Assembly (NCBI GenBank): GCA_964016885.1
Contig: OZ024741.1
Coordinates: forward strand, 47,802,001-47,866,000
From: Eledone cirrhosa
Lineage: Eukaryota
Direction: 5' to 3'
Length of the DNA stretch: 64,000 bases
Shown in pieces: positions 38,037-51,565 of the stretch; positions within the stretch are counted from its first letter, which is position 1, and every line of letters begins with the position of its first letter. The notes beneath the pieces were generated by a model. That model had not been told where the DNA came from. It saw nothing but the letters and a program-made list of their open reading frames with translations, and did not search any database. The position numbers and the translations under genes are program-made.

Positions 38037-38548
38037 TGTATATATATGTGTGTGTGTATGTGTGTGTGTGTGTGTGTGTATATATGTGTGTGTGTGTGTG
38101 TGTATGTATGAATGTATGTATGTGTATATGTGTGTATATATGTGTATGTGTGTGTAGGTGTACGCTCTTTATATATATATATATGTGTATATGTATATGT
38201 GTATGCGTACATTTATATATATGTATATATGTATGTGTGTGTAAGTATGCTTTTGTGTTTTTTAGTGTGTGTTTGCATGTGTAGTTTTATTTTATTTTTC
38301 CTTTCCTTCTCCCTTTTCCAGCCTCAGTTTCATATAGATTGCATTTTTGTTTTTAGAATCCATATTCAATAAACAAACCAGGATTTTTCATTCTGAGGAT
38401 TGAAAGCAAAACCTTTTTGCTTTTAAGAAACCACTGGTAAATGGAATAATTGCCTTATGTTGTTTATTACATAATAATAATAATTAAGCTCTGTTGCATA
38501 CATAGAGCACTCTTTTTTCCTGGACTTTTCCGATGGAATTACTTCATT

Positions 38549-38549
<1 letters not shown>
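34531..38549 (+). mobile_element. Near full-length PLE family HA (probably Hydra clade); HHRs at 37018-37077 and 38386-38446
   Basis: RT, GIY-YIG and a 1.9-kb 3' UTR, paralogous to 12958-16998. Confidence 0.93.
34533..36657 (+). pseudogene. PLE RT-GIY-YIG polyprotein: start codon truncated, frameshift at poly-C 35992-36003, YRDD changed to YHDD
   Basis: ORFs 34536-36026 and 36139-36657 compared with the minus-strand paralogue. Confidence 0.88.
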
Positions 38550-38579
<30 letters not shown>

Positions 38580-39162
38580 ATTTTAATTTTGATATATATA
38601 TATATATATATATATCGTTTCTGAATTTGTTTAGCAAGATTCTTTATCTGAAATCGTGTGTTGAAACCGATATTGTTATACTTTGGGAGGGTCATGTTGC
38701 CAATAAGAAACACACGCACCAGTTGCTTTCACTTCAATTTAATTTATTAAATATTTATAAATTTCTGGTTGGTTGGTTGGTTCCACAACCAGATAGTTGT
38801 TTATATATATATAGTCATAGTTCTTTCGTCACACACTCTGTGACCTCTTCAGTGACTGGGGATTTTGTTCTTCGTTTCTGTGTCTTTCCTTTCTTCTATC
38901 CTACGCCATTTTGTTTGTGTGTGGGTTGCGTGCTCAGTTTGCGCATGCGCCACATCCGGGTGTCTGTGTGTGTTTGTGTTCATTTTTCTATTTATCTATT
39001 TATATTTTTCTATTTGTTTGTTTATTTATTTATTTATTGTTGGTTGGTTGTTTGTTCTATGTGTGTGTGTGTTTTCATTTTGTCTTGTGTGTGTTTTCAT
39101 TTTGTGTGTGTTTTCGATTGTAAGTTGTTTGTTCTATGTGTGTGTGTGTTTTCATTTTGTCC

Positions 39163-41871
39163 TTAATTGTAAGTTGTGATGTTGCTGTTCCACTCATATT
39201 TTCTATTTAATTTTGGTTTTAATTCTTTTATGCTTACTGCCTCTGTAATTTGCCTAAACATTGCGTCTTTCTTGTGTGTGGATTCTATTTTTATTTCTAT
39301 GCTCTCTAATTTACCCCTGTGTTCTATCTTAGCATGTTGGTAGAGCACAGATGATTCTTTACTATCTTGGAGGTCTCGCCAGTGTTCATTTATTCGTTCC
39401 CCTATACTACGAGCTGTCTCACCTATGTACACTACATTTTTGTTTCTACATTGTCCCTCAGTACATCTTATGCTATATACTACATTTCTAGTTTTACAGT
39501 TAATATGGGGGCTTATTTTACAGGTTATACATTTCTTATCTATACATGAGGGTCTTTGGAACGGGTATGTCTTGCTAATAAGTGTTTTTACGGAGGTACC
39601 AGGTCTTTCTACTATCTTAATATTGAGATTATGTTTCTTTAGGGCCCTTCTAAATTTGTAGGCTAGTTCGCCTCTAGGGGTTGTATTGATGAACATTACA
39701 CTCTGGTATTTATTGCTATCATACCATGAGTTTATTCTATTGGCCTTGTTCTTAGTTCTTTCTATTCTATTCCAAAATTTGCTCCTATACAAGGAGCAGG
39801 TCCCATTTATGTCATTATTTACCATTTTTTCCCATTTGGTTCTGGCTCCTTTATACACTCTGATTCTATCTCTCTGATTGTAGCCAGAGAATTGCATACG
39901 GTGGATGAAGTGTTGTATGTGTCTCTCTAGTTCTTCGGGGTTGCACATGCGGGACACATTTCTCATCACCCGTACCAAATCCGCAATCAGTATGTTGATT
40001 TTGGTATGGTCCGAAATGGCCGAGTTTCGGTGGATCAGATGTTTGGAAGTCATGGGTTTGGCATAATGGGAATGGAGGATTTGTTTTTGGTTGTTAATAG
40101 TATCTAACCAGAGCTCTGTGTCTAGTACAGGTAATCGATGGTTGGGGTGTCTACTTGGGTAGTCTATAGTAACTCTAATGCTCTGGTGGATGGAGTTTGC
40201 TATTTGCTGGATGCTTTCCATTGTGTTTTTCTCTAGTTCCTGACTGTTCTTTAGTGGGGGTGTCTTAACTACGATGTTTATATCATCTACGTAGCGGGAG
40301 TACATTATCAGGGTTAAGCTGTCTTCTAATTGTTCATTAAGTTTTTGTTTAAGTCTACTGTCCCACCATACCATGAATAAGTTAGCTATGTCGCCTGCAA
40401 TGCTAACACCAATGGCTGCTCCTTCCTCTTGGGCATATGTTTTACCATTAAATTTGAACATATGTTCCTTAAGGGTTAGTTTTATGCTGGCCCCTACCGC
40501 ATGTGCAATCATTTTCTTCAGTTCATCGTGGTTTTCGGGTGTCCGTATGGCTCTGGTCCACCCGTTCCATCTATCTGTGTGGGTTTTCTTGGCCATTGAG
40601 GTAATGGTAGGTGGTCTGCCTCTTGCTGGTCTTGTAGGGCACAGGTTGCTAAGGTCATAAGTGTCTAGGTAACTATTACTATGGGTAAGCTTAAGTAGAA
40701 GTCCCAGCTCACTGGTATCAATCCCACGGAACTCAACCTTGCTCTCGCTGATCATTTCGACGCATTTCTCTACAGCAAAATCCACGTCAATAGATGGATA
40801 CAGGGACACAACATCCATACTGCCTATTATGCAGTTTGTTAGGTCCCCAGATCGGTTACCCGCGCCGATTCTGCTGAGGAGGTCCTCCGTGCTGTCACAC
40901 ACATCTGGGGACATCTCAATGATGGGGCGTATGATCAGGGAGAGGAAGTAGGACAGTCTGTAGTTACTAGCAATGTTAGCCCCACAGACTGGCCGTGTTG
41001 GTGGTCCCGCGACAGGGTCCCAGCCCGTTTTATGGTCTTTACGAAGCCCATACAACGCCGGCACGTCATTGTTCCAGGCCTGGAAGTTGTTGGCAGTCCT
41101 TTTGTTGGGCTGCATTATATTTGTCCACATCACCATATGGGCATTGAGGGTTTTTTCTCTATCCTCATGCTCCTGTGGTGTTACCTCTCTTGTGTTAGTG
41201 ATGTGGGGTTGCATTGCCTGGATGTAGTTTGGCAGGCTGTCAACCGACATTCTGCCAGACTTGTCTGTTGGAAAGCATGCTATCTCTCCATTACGCGAGC
41301 GCTGCATGAGCTTACGCAAGCCATTTGCAGATTCTTCTCCCAGTTGCTGGGCCTCTATTCTATTATGCTTCTTGCTATACTGTTCTATAATATTTCTAAG
41401 TTCGGATTTAGCTATACTAAATTGTGCCTCTGTTTGTTCATCGACCTGCGACGGCAACTGCGTGCGTTTGTTAAATGGCAAAGTCGTGGCGTGGACTCGT
41501 CGTAGGTCGAATGATTTATCGGAGGGGTTATAAAACGGAGAGTTCCAGGCTGCTGCTTTATGTGTACTAGTGCTATTGTTATTGTTAGTTGTGTTGTTTC
41601 TATTTCCACCAACAGCAGCAGCCTCAGCTTCATGGTTGTTTCTATGTCTCTCATAATTACTCCTGTCTCTTTCCACTGGCTCAATGTTGTTATCTACCCT
41701 ATTTTGTGTGTCTGTGTGTTCGTCTTGGTTATTCTCTTTGTCCTTAGTCTCCCATCTCCTTTTCCTTTTCCTTTTAATCCTATTACTTTCTCTTATTTCT
41801 CTGATTTCTGTGCTACTGTCATTACTTGTTTTCTGTGTCTGTGTGTTTGTTAAGATTGTGGTGAGAGGCAT
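39163..41871 (-). CDS. PLE reverse transcriptase plus Cys-rich linker and GIY-YIG endonuclease (902 aa)
   Basis: [74 protein letters not shown]. Confidence 0.92.
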   Translation of the reverse strand: MPLTTILTNTQTQKTSNDSSTEIREIRESNRIKRKRKRRWETKDKENNQDEHTDTQNRVDNNIEPVERDRSNYERHRNNHEAEAAAVGGNRNNTTNNNNSTSTHKAAAWNSPFYNPSDKSFDLRRVHATTLPFNKRTQLPSQVDEQTEAQFSIAKSELRNIIEQYSKKHNRIEAQQLGEESANGLRKLMQRSRNGEIACFPTDKSGRMSVDSLPNYIQAMQPHITNTREVTPQEHEDREKTLNAHMVMWTNIMQPNKRTANNFQAWNNDVPALYGLRKDHKTGWDPVAGPPTRPVCGANIASNYRLSYFLSLIIRPIIEMSPDVCDSTEDLLSRIGAGNRSGDLTNCIIGSMDVVSLYPSIDVDFAVEKCVEMISESKVEFRGIDTSELGLLLKLTHSNSYLDTYDLSNLCPTRPARGRPPTITSMAKKTHTDRWNGWTRAIRTPENHDELKKMIAHAVGASIKLTLKEHMFKFNGKTYAQEEGAAIGVSIAGDIANLFMVWWDSRLKQKLNEQLEDSLTLIMYSRYVDDINIVVKTPPLKNSQELEKNTMESIQQIANSIHQSIRVTIDYPSRHPNHRLPVLDTELWLDTINNQKQILHSHYAKPMTSKHLIHRNSAISDHTKINILIADLVRVMRNVSRMCNPEELERHIQHFIHRMQFSGYNQRDRIRVYKGARTKWEKMVNNDINGTCSLYRSKFWNRIERTKNKANRINSWYDSNKYQSVMFINTTPRGELAYKFRRALKKHNLNIKIVERPGTSVKTLISKTYPFQRPSCIDKKCITCKISPHINCKTRNVVYSIRCTEGQCRNKNVVYIGETARSIGERINEHWRDLQDSKESSVLYQHAKIEHRGKLESIEIKIESTHKKDAMFRQITEAVSIKELKPKLNRKYEWNSNITTYN

Positions 41872-42843
41872 TGAATGCGTGTGTGTTGTTGTTGTTGATG
41901 TGTGTTGTTGTTGTCTCCGTGTGTGTGTGTGTTATCGTTGTTGTGTGTGTTGTTATTGTTGTTTGTGTTTGCGTGTCTGTTGTTGTTGTATCTGGGTATG
42001 TTGCTATTGTTGTTGTTATTGTTGTTTGTGTCTGTGTGTCTGTTGTTGTTGGGATGTGTGTTGTATATGTGTGTGCGTATATTGTTGCTTTTGTTTTTGT
42101 TTTTGTTTTTGATGCTCCAGCGTAGTTTCGTAAATGATTTTTCTATTTCTGACAGACAACTAATCATATTTACCTTCTTGAATGTCGCAAATTTGGGTGG
42201 CAGACGTAACACAGACATTTCATTATTATCTATTTCTGTGTTTCCATAGATGTTGGTATTTTCATTGTTGAACTCTTCAGATAATGAGGTGTCGGCCATG
42301 TTGATACCGTCAATTTTGTCGGGATATCTATTGGTATACTCTATAGTATCCCGATTTAGCTTTGCCTGTTTAAGCCACTTTAATTTTCTGTTAAAGTGCT
42401 TATTACATTCTTGAGTAATGTACTGTTCTTCGGGACGTATAAGGCTTATAAATGTTAGTTTTTCTGCTGGTGTGGTGATTTTAGATATTTCATCTATTAG
42501 GTTACGCTTTAGTTTTTCTTGATGACTTAATTCTCTATAGATCTTCTTTTTTATGTTTAGAATTAAATTTCGTTTTAGCCTATCTGCTTGTTTTTTGGTG
42601 AGTTGTAATCTTCTAACGTCGGTATTGATGGTGTTGGTGTAGATTCTAGAAGTGGTGCACAGTTTTATGAAGTGTAGTTGTCGAGATGTTATGGTTTTTC
42701 GTAGACAACAGAACATGGTGGTTTTCAGTATCTTGTTAGCCTGGCTAAGGCTTACGATATTTCGTTTCTGAATTTGTTTAGCAAGATTCTTTATCTGAAA
42801 TCGTGTGTTGAAACCGATATTGTTATACTTTGGGAGGGTCATG
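41850..42843 (-). CDS. N-terminal part of the PLE ORF (basic, helical), out of frame with the RT
   Basis: ATG at 42843 lies inside the pLTR. The E.SVLRLPPKF..IEKSFTKLRW motif is typical of PLE N-termini. Ends in an N/T/H-rich microsatellite. Confidence 0.7.
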
Positions 42844-42994
42844 TTGCCAATAAGAAACACACGCACCAGTTGCTTTCACTTCAATTTAATTTATTAAATA
42901 TTTATAAATTTCTGGTTGGTTGGTTGGTTCCACAACCAGATAGTTGTTTATATATATATAGTCATAGTTCTTTCGTCACACACTCCATTTCGTC

Positions 42995-44932
42995 ACCACC
43001 TACCATTACCTCAATGGCCAAGAAAACCCACACAGATAGATGGAACGGGTGGACCAGAGCCATACGGACACCCGAAAACCACGATGAACTGAAGAAAATG
43101 ATTGCACATGCGGTAGGGGCCAGCATAAAACTAACCCTTAAGGAACATATGTTCAAATTTAATGGTAAAACATATGCCCAAGAGGAAGGAGCAGCCATTG
43201 GTGTTAGCATTGCAGGCGACATAGCTAACTTATTCATGGTATGGTGGGACAGTAGACTTAAACAAAAACTTAATGAACAATTAGAAGACAGCTTAACCCT
43301 GATAATGTACTCCCGCTACGTAGATGATATAAACATCGTAGTTAAGACACCCCCACTAAAGAACAGTCAGGAACTAGAGAAAAACACAATGGAAAGCATC
43401 CAGCAAATAGCAAACTCCATCCACCAGAGCATTAGAGTTACTATAGACTACCCAAGTAGACACCCCAACCATCGATTACCTGTACTAGACACAGAGCTCT
43501 GGTTAGATACTATTAACAACCAAAAACAAATCCTCCATTCCCATTATGCCAAACCCATGACTTCCAAACATCTGATCCACCGAAACTCGGCCATTTCGGA
43601 CCATACCAAAATCAACATACTGATTGCGGATTTGGTACGGGTGATGAGAAATGTGTCCCGCATGTGCAACCCCGAAGAACTAGAGAGACACATACAACAC
43701 TTCATCCACCGTATGCAGTTCTCTGGCTACAATCAGAGAGATAGAATCAGAGTGTATAAAGGAGCCAGAACCAAATGGGAAAAAATGGTAAATAATGACA
43801 TAAATGGGACCTGCCCCTTGTATAGGAGCAAATTTTGGAATAGAATAGAAAGAACTAAGAACAAGGCCAATAGAATAAACTCATGGTATGATAGCAATAA
43901 ATACCAGAGTGTAATGTTCATCAATACAACCCCTAGAGGCGAACTAGCCTACAAATTTAGAAGGGCCCTAAAGAAACATAATCTCAATATTAAGATAGTA
44001 GAAAGACCTGGTACCTCCGTAAAAACACTTATTAGCAAGACATACCCGTTCCAAAGACCCTCATGTATAGATAAGAAATGTATAACCTGTAAAATAAGCC
44101 CCCATATTAACTGTAAAACTAGAAATGTAGTATATAGCATAAGATGTACTGAGGGACAATGTAGAAACAAAAATGTAGTGTACATAGGTGAGACAGCTCG
44201 TAGTATAGGGGAACGAATAAATGAACACTGGCGAGACCTCCAAGATAGTAAAGAATCATCTGTGCTCTACCAACATGCTAAGATAGAACACAGGGGTAAA
44301 TTAGAGAGCATAGAAATAAAAATAGAATCCACACACAAGAAAGACGCAATGTTTAGGCAAATTACAGAGGCAGTAAGCATAAAAGAATTAAAACCAAAAT
44401 TAAATAGAAAATATGAGTGGAACAGCAACATCACAACTTACAATTAAGGACAAAATGAAAACACACACACACATAGAACAAACAACTTACAATCGAAAAC
44501 ACACACAAAATGAAAACACACACAAGACAAAATGAAAACACACACACACATAGAACAAACAACCAACCAACAATAAATAAATAAATAAACAAACAAATAG
44601 AAAAATATAAATAGATAAATAGAAAAATGAACACAAACACACACAGACACCCGGATGTGGCGCATGCGCAAACTGAGCACGCAACCCACACACAAACAAA
44701 ATGGCGTAGGATAGAAGAAAGGAAAGACACAGAAACGAAGAACAAAATCCCCAGTCACTGAAGAGGTCACAGAGTGTGTGACGAAAGAACTATGACTATA
44801 TATATATAAACAACTATCTGGTTGTGGAACCAACCAACCAACCAGAAATTTATAAATATTTAATAAATTAAATTGAAGTGAAAGCAACTGGTGCGTGTGT
44901 TTCTTATTGGCAACATGACCCTCCCAAAGTAT

Positions 44933-44940
<8 letters not shown>
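42995..44940 (+). mobile_element. Inverted 5'-truncated copy of family N; HHR at 44753-44797
   Basis: Reverse complement of about 38670-40615. Confidence 0.93.
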
Positions 44941-45000
<60 letters not shown>

Positions 45001-45004
<4 letters not shown>

Positions 45005-45623
45005 TATAACGGACCATTTAGGAATCTGTATAGACAGAACATAGCAGAAAACATTTTCTAAGTTCGTCACAAACGAGGGAACGATTTCACAACCCATTAA
45101 ATTTAGTGACAATGTGGAAGACTGACAAAAAGAACGAGAAAGAAAGAATTTGTGAGAGCGAAAGAGATGTACGTTGGAAATAAAATATCAGGATTTGGAA
45201 AAACCGAAGACACTTTATATCCGCCAAACTTTTCAAACATTATCTATCATATTATTAACCAATCACAACATTGAGGAAGGCACTGTAATTAAGTAAAATA
45301 AAGCAGTTTGGTGGTTTTAATATCAACGACAGCAGGCGTGTAACTTCGATGGAACATTTATTTATTTATGTATTTATTTTACGAAGTTCCTGGTTGTTCT
45401 GTCAAGTACTTGGCAGTTAAGTTTCCTACTTATATATTATTGGAGCACATAGTTTTTCTCATCTCGCAGATCCTGGACAGACTATTTCCCTGTAAAAAAA
45501 CAGCTATTACGATGTAATATAGTCACACCTTTCACTATTTATAATGTTTGGTTAAGGATACAAAATTTAAAAAGTTGTTAAAATTAACAAATCAACAAAA
45601 TCACAAACGATAAACAATTTTTA
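45001..45623. repeat. ~620-bp direct duplication, second copy at 53226-53848
   Basis: Near-identical; only a few substitutions seen. Confidence 0.92.
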
Positions 45624-46057
45624 TATTCATTTTTATACATTTTTATATTCAAACTCCTAATAAGGTTTAATTTGTGTAGTTGAAGATAGATGTGCGTATT
45701 GTTGTATGGTGTGTGTGTGTGTGCGTGTGCGCACATATATACATGTGCATTTTGTACCTTTTGATTTTTATTGTAATTTTAATGTTGGTAAAGGTATATT
45801 ATTATAATGTATTATGTTATATTACATTGTGTTATATATAATTCCTGCTCTATATAACCACCTTCGTTTAGCTCTAGGTTATTTGCTTTGGACTATATTC
45901 GTAATATGGTTCTTAATGTTATATACATCCTTAGTTATTCTTATTATATATTTTTATTATTTTTATTATATATTTTTGCAAGACTTTAGTGTATGTACAC
46001 TCCATATTCTTCGGAGCTTCCGGCTTGTATCTGCCGATATTACTTCTTATTGTTTTA

Positions 46058-46102
46058 ATTGCCCTGATGAGTCCTTAATAGGACGAAACATTGTCGGCTA
46101 AT
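46058..46102 (+). ncRNA. Canonical type I hammerhead in a short PLE-like 3' fragment (about 45630-46148)
   Basis: ATTGCC-CTGATGA-GTCCT TAAT AGGAC-GAAA-CATTG-TC-GGCTAAT. Confidence 0.85.
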
Positions 46103-46146
46103 AAAAACTTTTGATGTATTAAAGGCTTCTTTGTTTTACTCTCTTA

Positions 46147-46219
<73 letters not shown>

Positions 46220-46221
46220 TC

Positions 46222-46254
<33 letters not shown>

Positions 46255-46273
46255 ATATATTTATATATATTTA

Positions 46274-46306
<33 letters not shown>

Positions 46307-46325
46307 ATATATATATATTTATTTT

Positions 46326-46453
<128 letters not shown>

Positions 46454-46480
46454 TATATATATATATTTATATATATATAT

Positions 46481-49127
46481 GTAAAACCATCATAGAGTTC
46501 AACAACGAATATTGGACCAGAGCCGATACCTCTAACAACTTCGACATCACAATGGGAGCATCCGATTCATCCCAATTGACTGATTTAATTGGTATCTTCA
46601 TTTTGAACTCTTTGAGTCGGAAAATTCCTCAACTTCGCGGTGGAATTTATCGTGACGATGGACTCTTTACTATCCTAAATTGCAATATAGTTAACCTTAA
46701 TATTATTAAGAACAATATACGTAATCTCTTTAACCAACATAACCTAAAAATTGAATTTGATAATAGTATCAAACTAGCTAATTTCTTGGATGTATCTCTT
46801 AATCTTGACACTGGCCTATATTACCCTTACCATAAAAACAATGAGAACCTTAATTATGTTAACTTTAAATGTTAACTTTAAATCTAACCATCCTACCAAT
46901 ATCAAGAATGCTATAGTTAATAATATTGGAAATAGAATATCTAACATATCTTCTAATAAAAACATCTTTGATGCTAACGCCAATTACTATAATAACGCAC
47001 TTTCTAAAGCCGGCTATCCAGATAAAATCAAATATAGTAAAGAAACAAATTCTAGAAAAACTTACAGTAGAATAATTAATCATGACCATTCCAATAATTT
47101 TAATAAAAGACCTAGATACAAAAACATAATCTGGTATAATGCTCCTTTCTCCATCTCTATTAATAACAATATTCCTAAATTATTTTTTAGTGCCTTAAAT
47201 AAATGCTTCCCTCCCTCACATATCTATAGTAAAATATTTAACAAACACACCATCAAATTTTCGTATTCTACATCCTCCAATATTTCCAACATCATCTCTA
47301 AACACAACAATAAAATACTAAATACTAAATCTCTTCCTTCCAATATTGAATTTCATAATAACAGTAATAGTACTCCCGACGTCATTGTAAACCCTAGGCT
47401 AACTTCTGTAAACCCAAATACAACGTCAAACACAACTTCGCTAAATGTTCATAATCCAACTCTAAATCAAGAAACTATTATTCCTATTATTCCTATCGCA
47501 AACAACTTCTCCAATCCAATTCCTTCTATAGATAACACTAGATCACTCATTAATAATCTCTCTAATTGCAACTGCCGCATTAAAAATAAATGTCCTCTCA
47601 ACAACCATTGTCTCGATAAAAACTTAATTTATGAATGTAAAATTATAACTAGCACCAATTCCTTCACCTATTTTGGCTCCACTTCCACCTCTTTTAAAGC
47701 TCGTCTCTATAATCATCATTCATCTTTCAAATACAAACTTAAAAGAACTAACACTGCTCTCTCAGAACTCATATGGTCCTTAAAAGACAAAAACATTAAA
47801 TATACCATCTTTTGGAAGAAGATTTTTTCTGCATCCTCATACTTGAACAGCTCTCTATCTAAAATCTGTAATCTCTGCCTAAATGAAAAATTTACCATTA
47901 TCTCTAACCTAGATTCTATAATAAATAGACGCACAGATTTGTTTTCTATCTGCCTGCATAAATTCCATAGAACTTTTCACAAAGTATACAGTTAATATTC
48001 AATTCTTTATCAATTTAGAATCTTTTCTCAAAGGCACATATACATACACCTCTTTAAAATATACCCATCTACCCTACTTTAAAGGGCATTATACACTCTA
48101 TAATACTTGTTTACTCATTACCCTCATTCTATCTTCACCTTGTAAAATCATAACATATACATTTGTTGTTTTGACATTAAGAATATTCATCCGCAATCAT
48201 TATTATTTTTTCTCTCTATAATAAATCTTTTTAATCTCAATTTCATCCTTAATTTATTATTATTTTTTTCTTCCCATCAACGAACTCATTATTAATACAT
48301 ATCAACTCTTTATTCGCATATATTATCAATTCCTTCAATATACAAACTTTAACTTCACATTATTTTTCTCAAATCCTTCTACACACAAACCTTAATAATT
48401 TTTCTCTTCGTTAATTTTGAAATTGCCACAATACATACATTTCTTTTTTTGACGTTAGAATATTCATCCACAATTATTATTTTTTTCTCTCTATCTTCAT
48501 ACATAATTTCCCTTCGTTAATTTTCAAATTCCTTTAATTTATACATTATCTTCCAACGGTTCCCAACCTCTCTATGTTAAAACAATATATCTTTTTCTCA
48601 GTTATAAAAACTATCTCTTTCTCTCTATCACCCATCTCTCCCTCTCCACCTTCACTCTCATCTCCTCCCCCTTTTTTTCATCCTTTCCACCACCCCTCCC
48701 TAAATAAAATATTTTTTCCTCGCACATATCCTCCCTTCGTTAATTTTCAAAATTTTTAATTTATACATTATCTTCCAACGGTTTTCAACCTCTCTATGTA
48801 AAACAATATATCTCCTCTCAGTTATAAAAACTATCTCTTTCTCTCTATCACCCATCTCTCCCTCTCATCTCCTTCATTTTTCATCCTTTCCCCCCCCCCC
48901 CCTCTCTAAATAAAATATTTTTCCCAATATCACACATCAATCTAAAACCACTTTTCATATGTTGATTTAAAACTGCACTATCCACAAGTGTTTTTTAGCC
49001 TTCATATCATGTTCTCCTGTTTTATCTGATGAAAACACAAATATTATTGCATGATGATGTTTGTTTTTGAAATGCGCATAATAAAATACATGGAACTCCT
49101 TTAACCATCTTTTGATCTTATATTATA
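46481..49127 (+). mobile_element. 5'-truncated PLE family HC (Hydra-like); RT/EN frameshifted by a 13-nt duplication near 46860; HHR at 49020-49086
   Basis: [64 protein letters not shown]. Confidence 0.9.
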
Positions 49128-49155
49128 TATTTATATATATATATGAGGTTTAATA

Positions 49156-49227
49156 GCCGTGATCGTCTAGTGGTTAGGACCCCACGTTGTGGCCGTGGTA
49201 ACCCAGGTTCGAATCCTGGTCACGGCA
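49156..49227 (+). tRNA. tRNA-His: tRNA-His (GUG)
   Basis: 72-nt cloverleaf, acceptor stem GCCGTGA/TCACGGC, anticodon loop TTGTGGC, T loop GGTTCGAATCC, TTTT at 49237-49240. Confidence 0.95.
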
Positions 49228-49310
49228 GCCTCCATGTTTTACAAGGGCGGTGCCCCAGCATGGCCTCAGCCGGATGGCTGAAACAGGTAAAAGAGTAATA
49301 TATATATATT

Positions 49311-49359
<49 letters not shown>

Positions 49360-49360
49360 T

Positions 49361-49411
<51 letters not shown>

Positions 49412-49414
49412 ATT

Positions 49415-49463
<49 letters not shown>

Positions 49464-49466
49464 ATT

Positions 49467-49699
<233 letters not shown>

Positions 49700-49728
49700 A
49701 TATTTATATATATATTTATATATATATT

Positions 49729-49801
<73 letters not shown>

Positions 49802-49890
49802 ATATATTTATATATTTATTTATATATATTTATATATATATTTATATATATATATATTTATATTTATATATATATATATATTTATATATA

Positions 49891-49983
<93 letters not shown>

Positions 49984-49986
49984 ATT

Positions 49987-50017
<31 letters not shown>

Positions 50018-50049
50018 ATTTATATATATATATATATTTATATATATGT

Positions 50050-50121
50050 ATATATATGTATGTGTATGTATGTGTGTATATGTGTGTACATATATGTATA
50101 TATGTGTGTTGTATGTATGTG

Positions 50122-50182
<61 letters not shown>

Positions 50183-50950
50183 CGGTGCGTATTTATATGT
50201 ATGAGTATATGTTTTACTTGTTTTTATGTATTGAAGTTAAGTATGTGTATGTGTGTGTGTGTAGGTATGTATGTATCTAACGTATGGATGTGTAAATGTG
50301 CGTATGTATAAAAGCATGTATATTTTATGTCTCTCTTTTATGTTTTTTTATGTTTTTTTTATATTTCTTTTGTGAGACATTCGCGTCTGTGTATGTACGT
50401 ACCCCCCCCCCTATTTTTTGTTCCCCTGATTTTAAGTTTTTTCCTTCAATAAAATTTTTTTTTTATTTCTAACTTTATAGGTACATTTTGTAAATATGCT
50501 GAGTTTGACACTCTCCTTTAATTACTTACTCCCTTACCTCCTTTTAATTCTGCATCTAAATGTAAGTGTGTGTGGCCGTGTTTATGTGTGCGCCTCAATA
50601 TCCATATAGTTATAATAATAATATATACGTATGTGTGTGTGTGTGTGTATGTGTGTGTGTGTTCGTAGGTATGTGTGTGTTTATGTGTATATGCGTGTGT
50701 GTGTATGAATGTATGTATATATGTGTGTATATGTGTATGTGTGTATATATATATGTATATGTATGTATATCTTGTCTGTAGATTATAAACTTACAGATAC
50801 ATTAGCCCTAAATTTTTATATTTACATACACTTTTTTGACATGCGTATGCATGTGAACATACATTTTTATGCATATCTGTGAACGAATTTACTTACATAT
50901 ATACACACACCTAACTGTATTTTCTTGATGAATTTTTATGTATTTCATTG
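50050..50950 (+). mobile_element. Diverged 3' UTR fragment related to PLE family HB
   Basis: Similar to about 32970-33450 (e.g. CTCCCTTACCTC, TCTGTAGATTA, CACACCTAACT). Confidence 0.65.
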
Positions 50951-50984
50951 GTCTATTTAAAATCTGTTCCCAAACAGACCTGTA

Positions 50985-51507
<523 letters not shown>

Positions 51508-51510
51508 ATT

Positions 51511-51565
<55 letters not shown>

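Larger units (their letters stand above)
38615..42985 (-). mobile_element. Full-length PLE family N (Nematis/Neptune-like) with direct pseudo-LTRs (42762-42985 and 38616-38839); HHR at 38813-38857
   Basis: Direct terminal repeats overlap the ORF start. HHR: AGTCA-CTGAAGA-G GTCACA GAGTG TGTGAC-GAAA-GAAC-TA-TGACT. Confidence 0.93.

Noticed and set aside
42774-44447. 557-aa ORF as a novel fusion protein
   Set aside because: Chance in-frame join of antisense pLTR (TTG start) to the inverted truncated RT-EN; it lacks the N-terminal RT motifs.
34531-44447. Naiad/Chlamys-type (N-terminal EN, selenoprotein) PLEs
   Set aside because: GIY-YIG is C-terminal wherever both domains are visible, and the ORF breaks are frameshifts rather than in-frame TGA codons.
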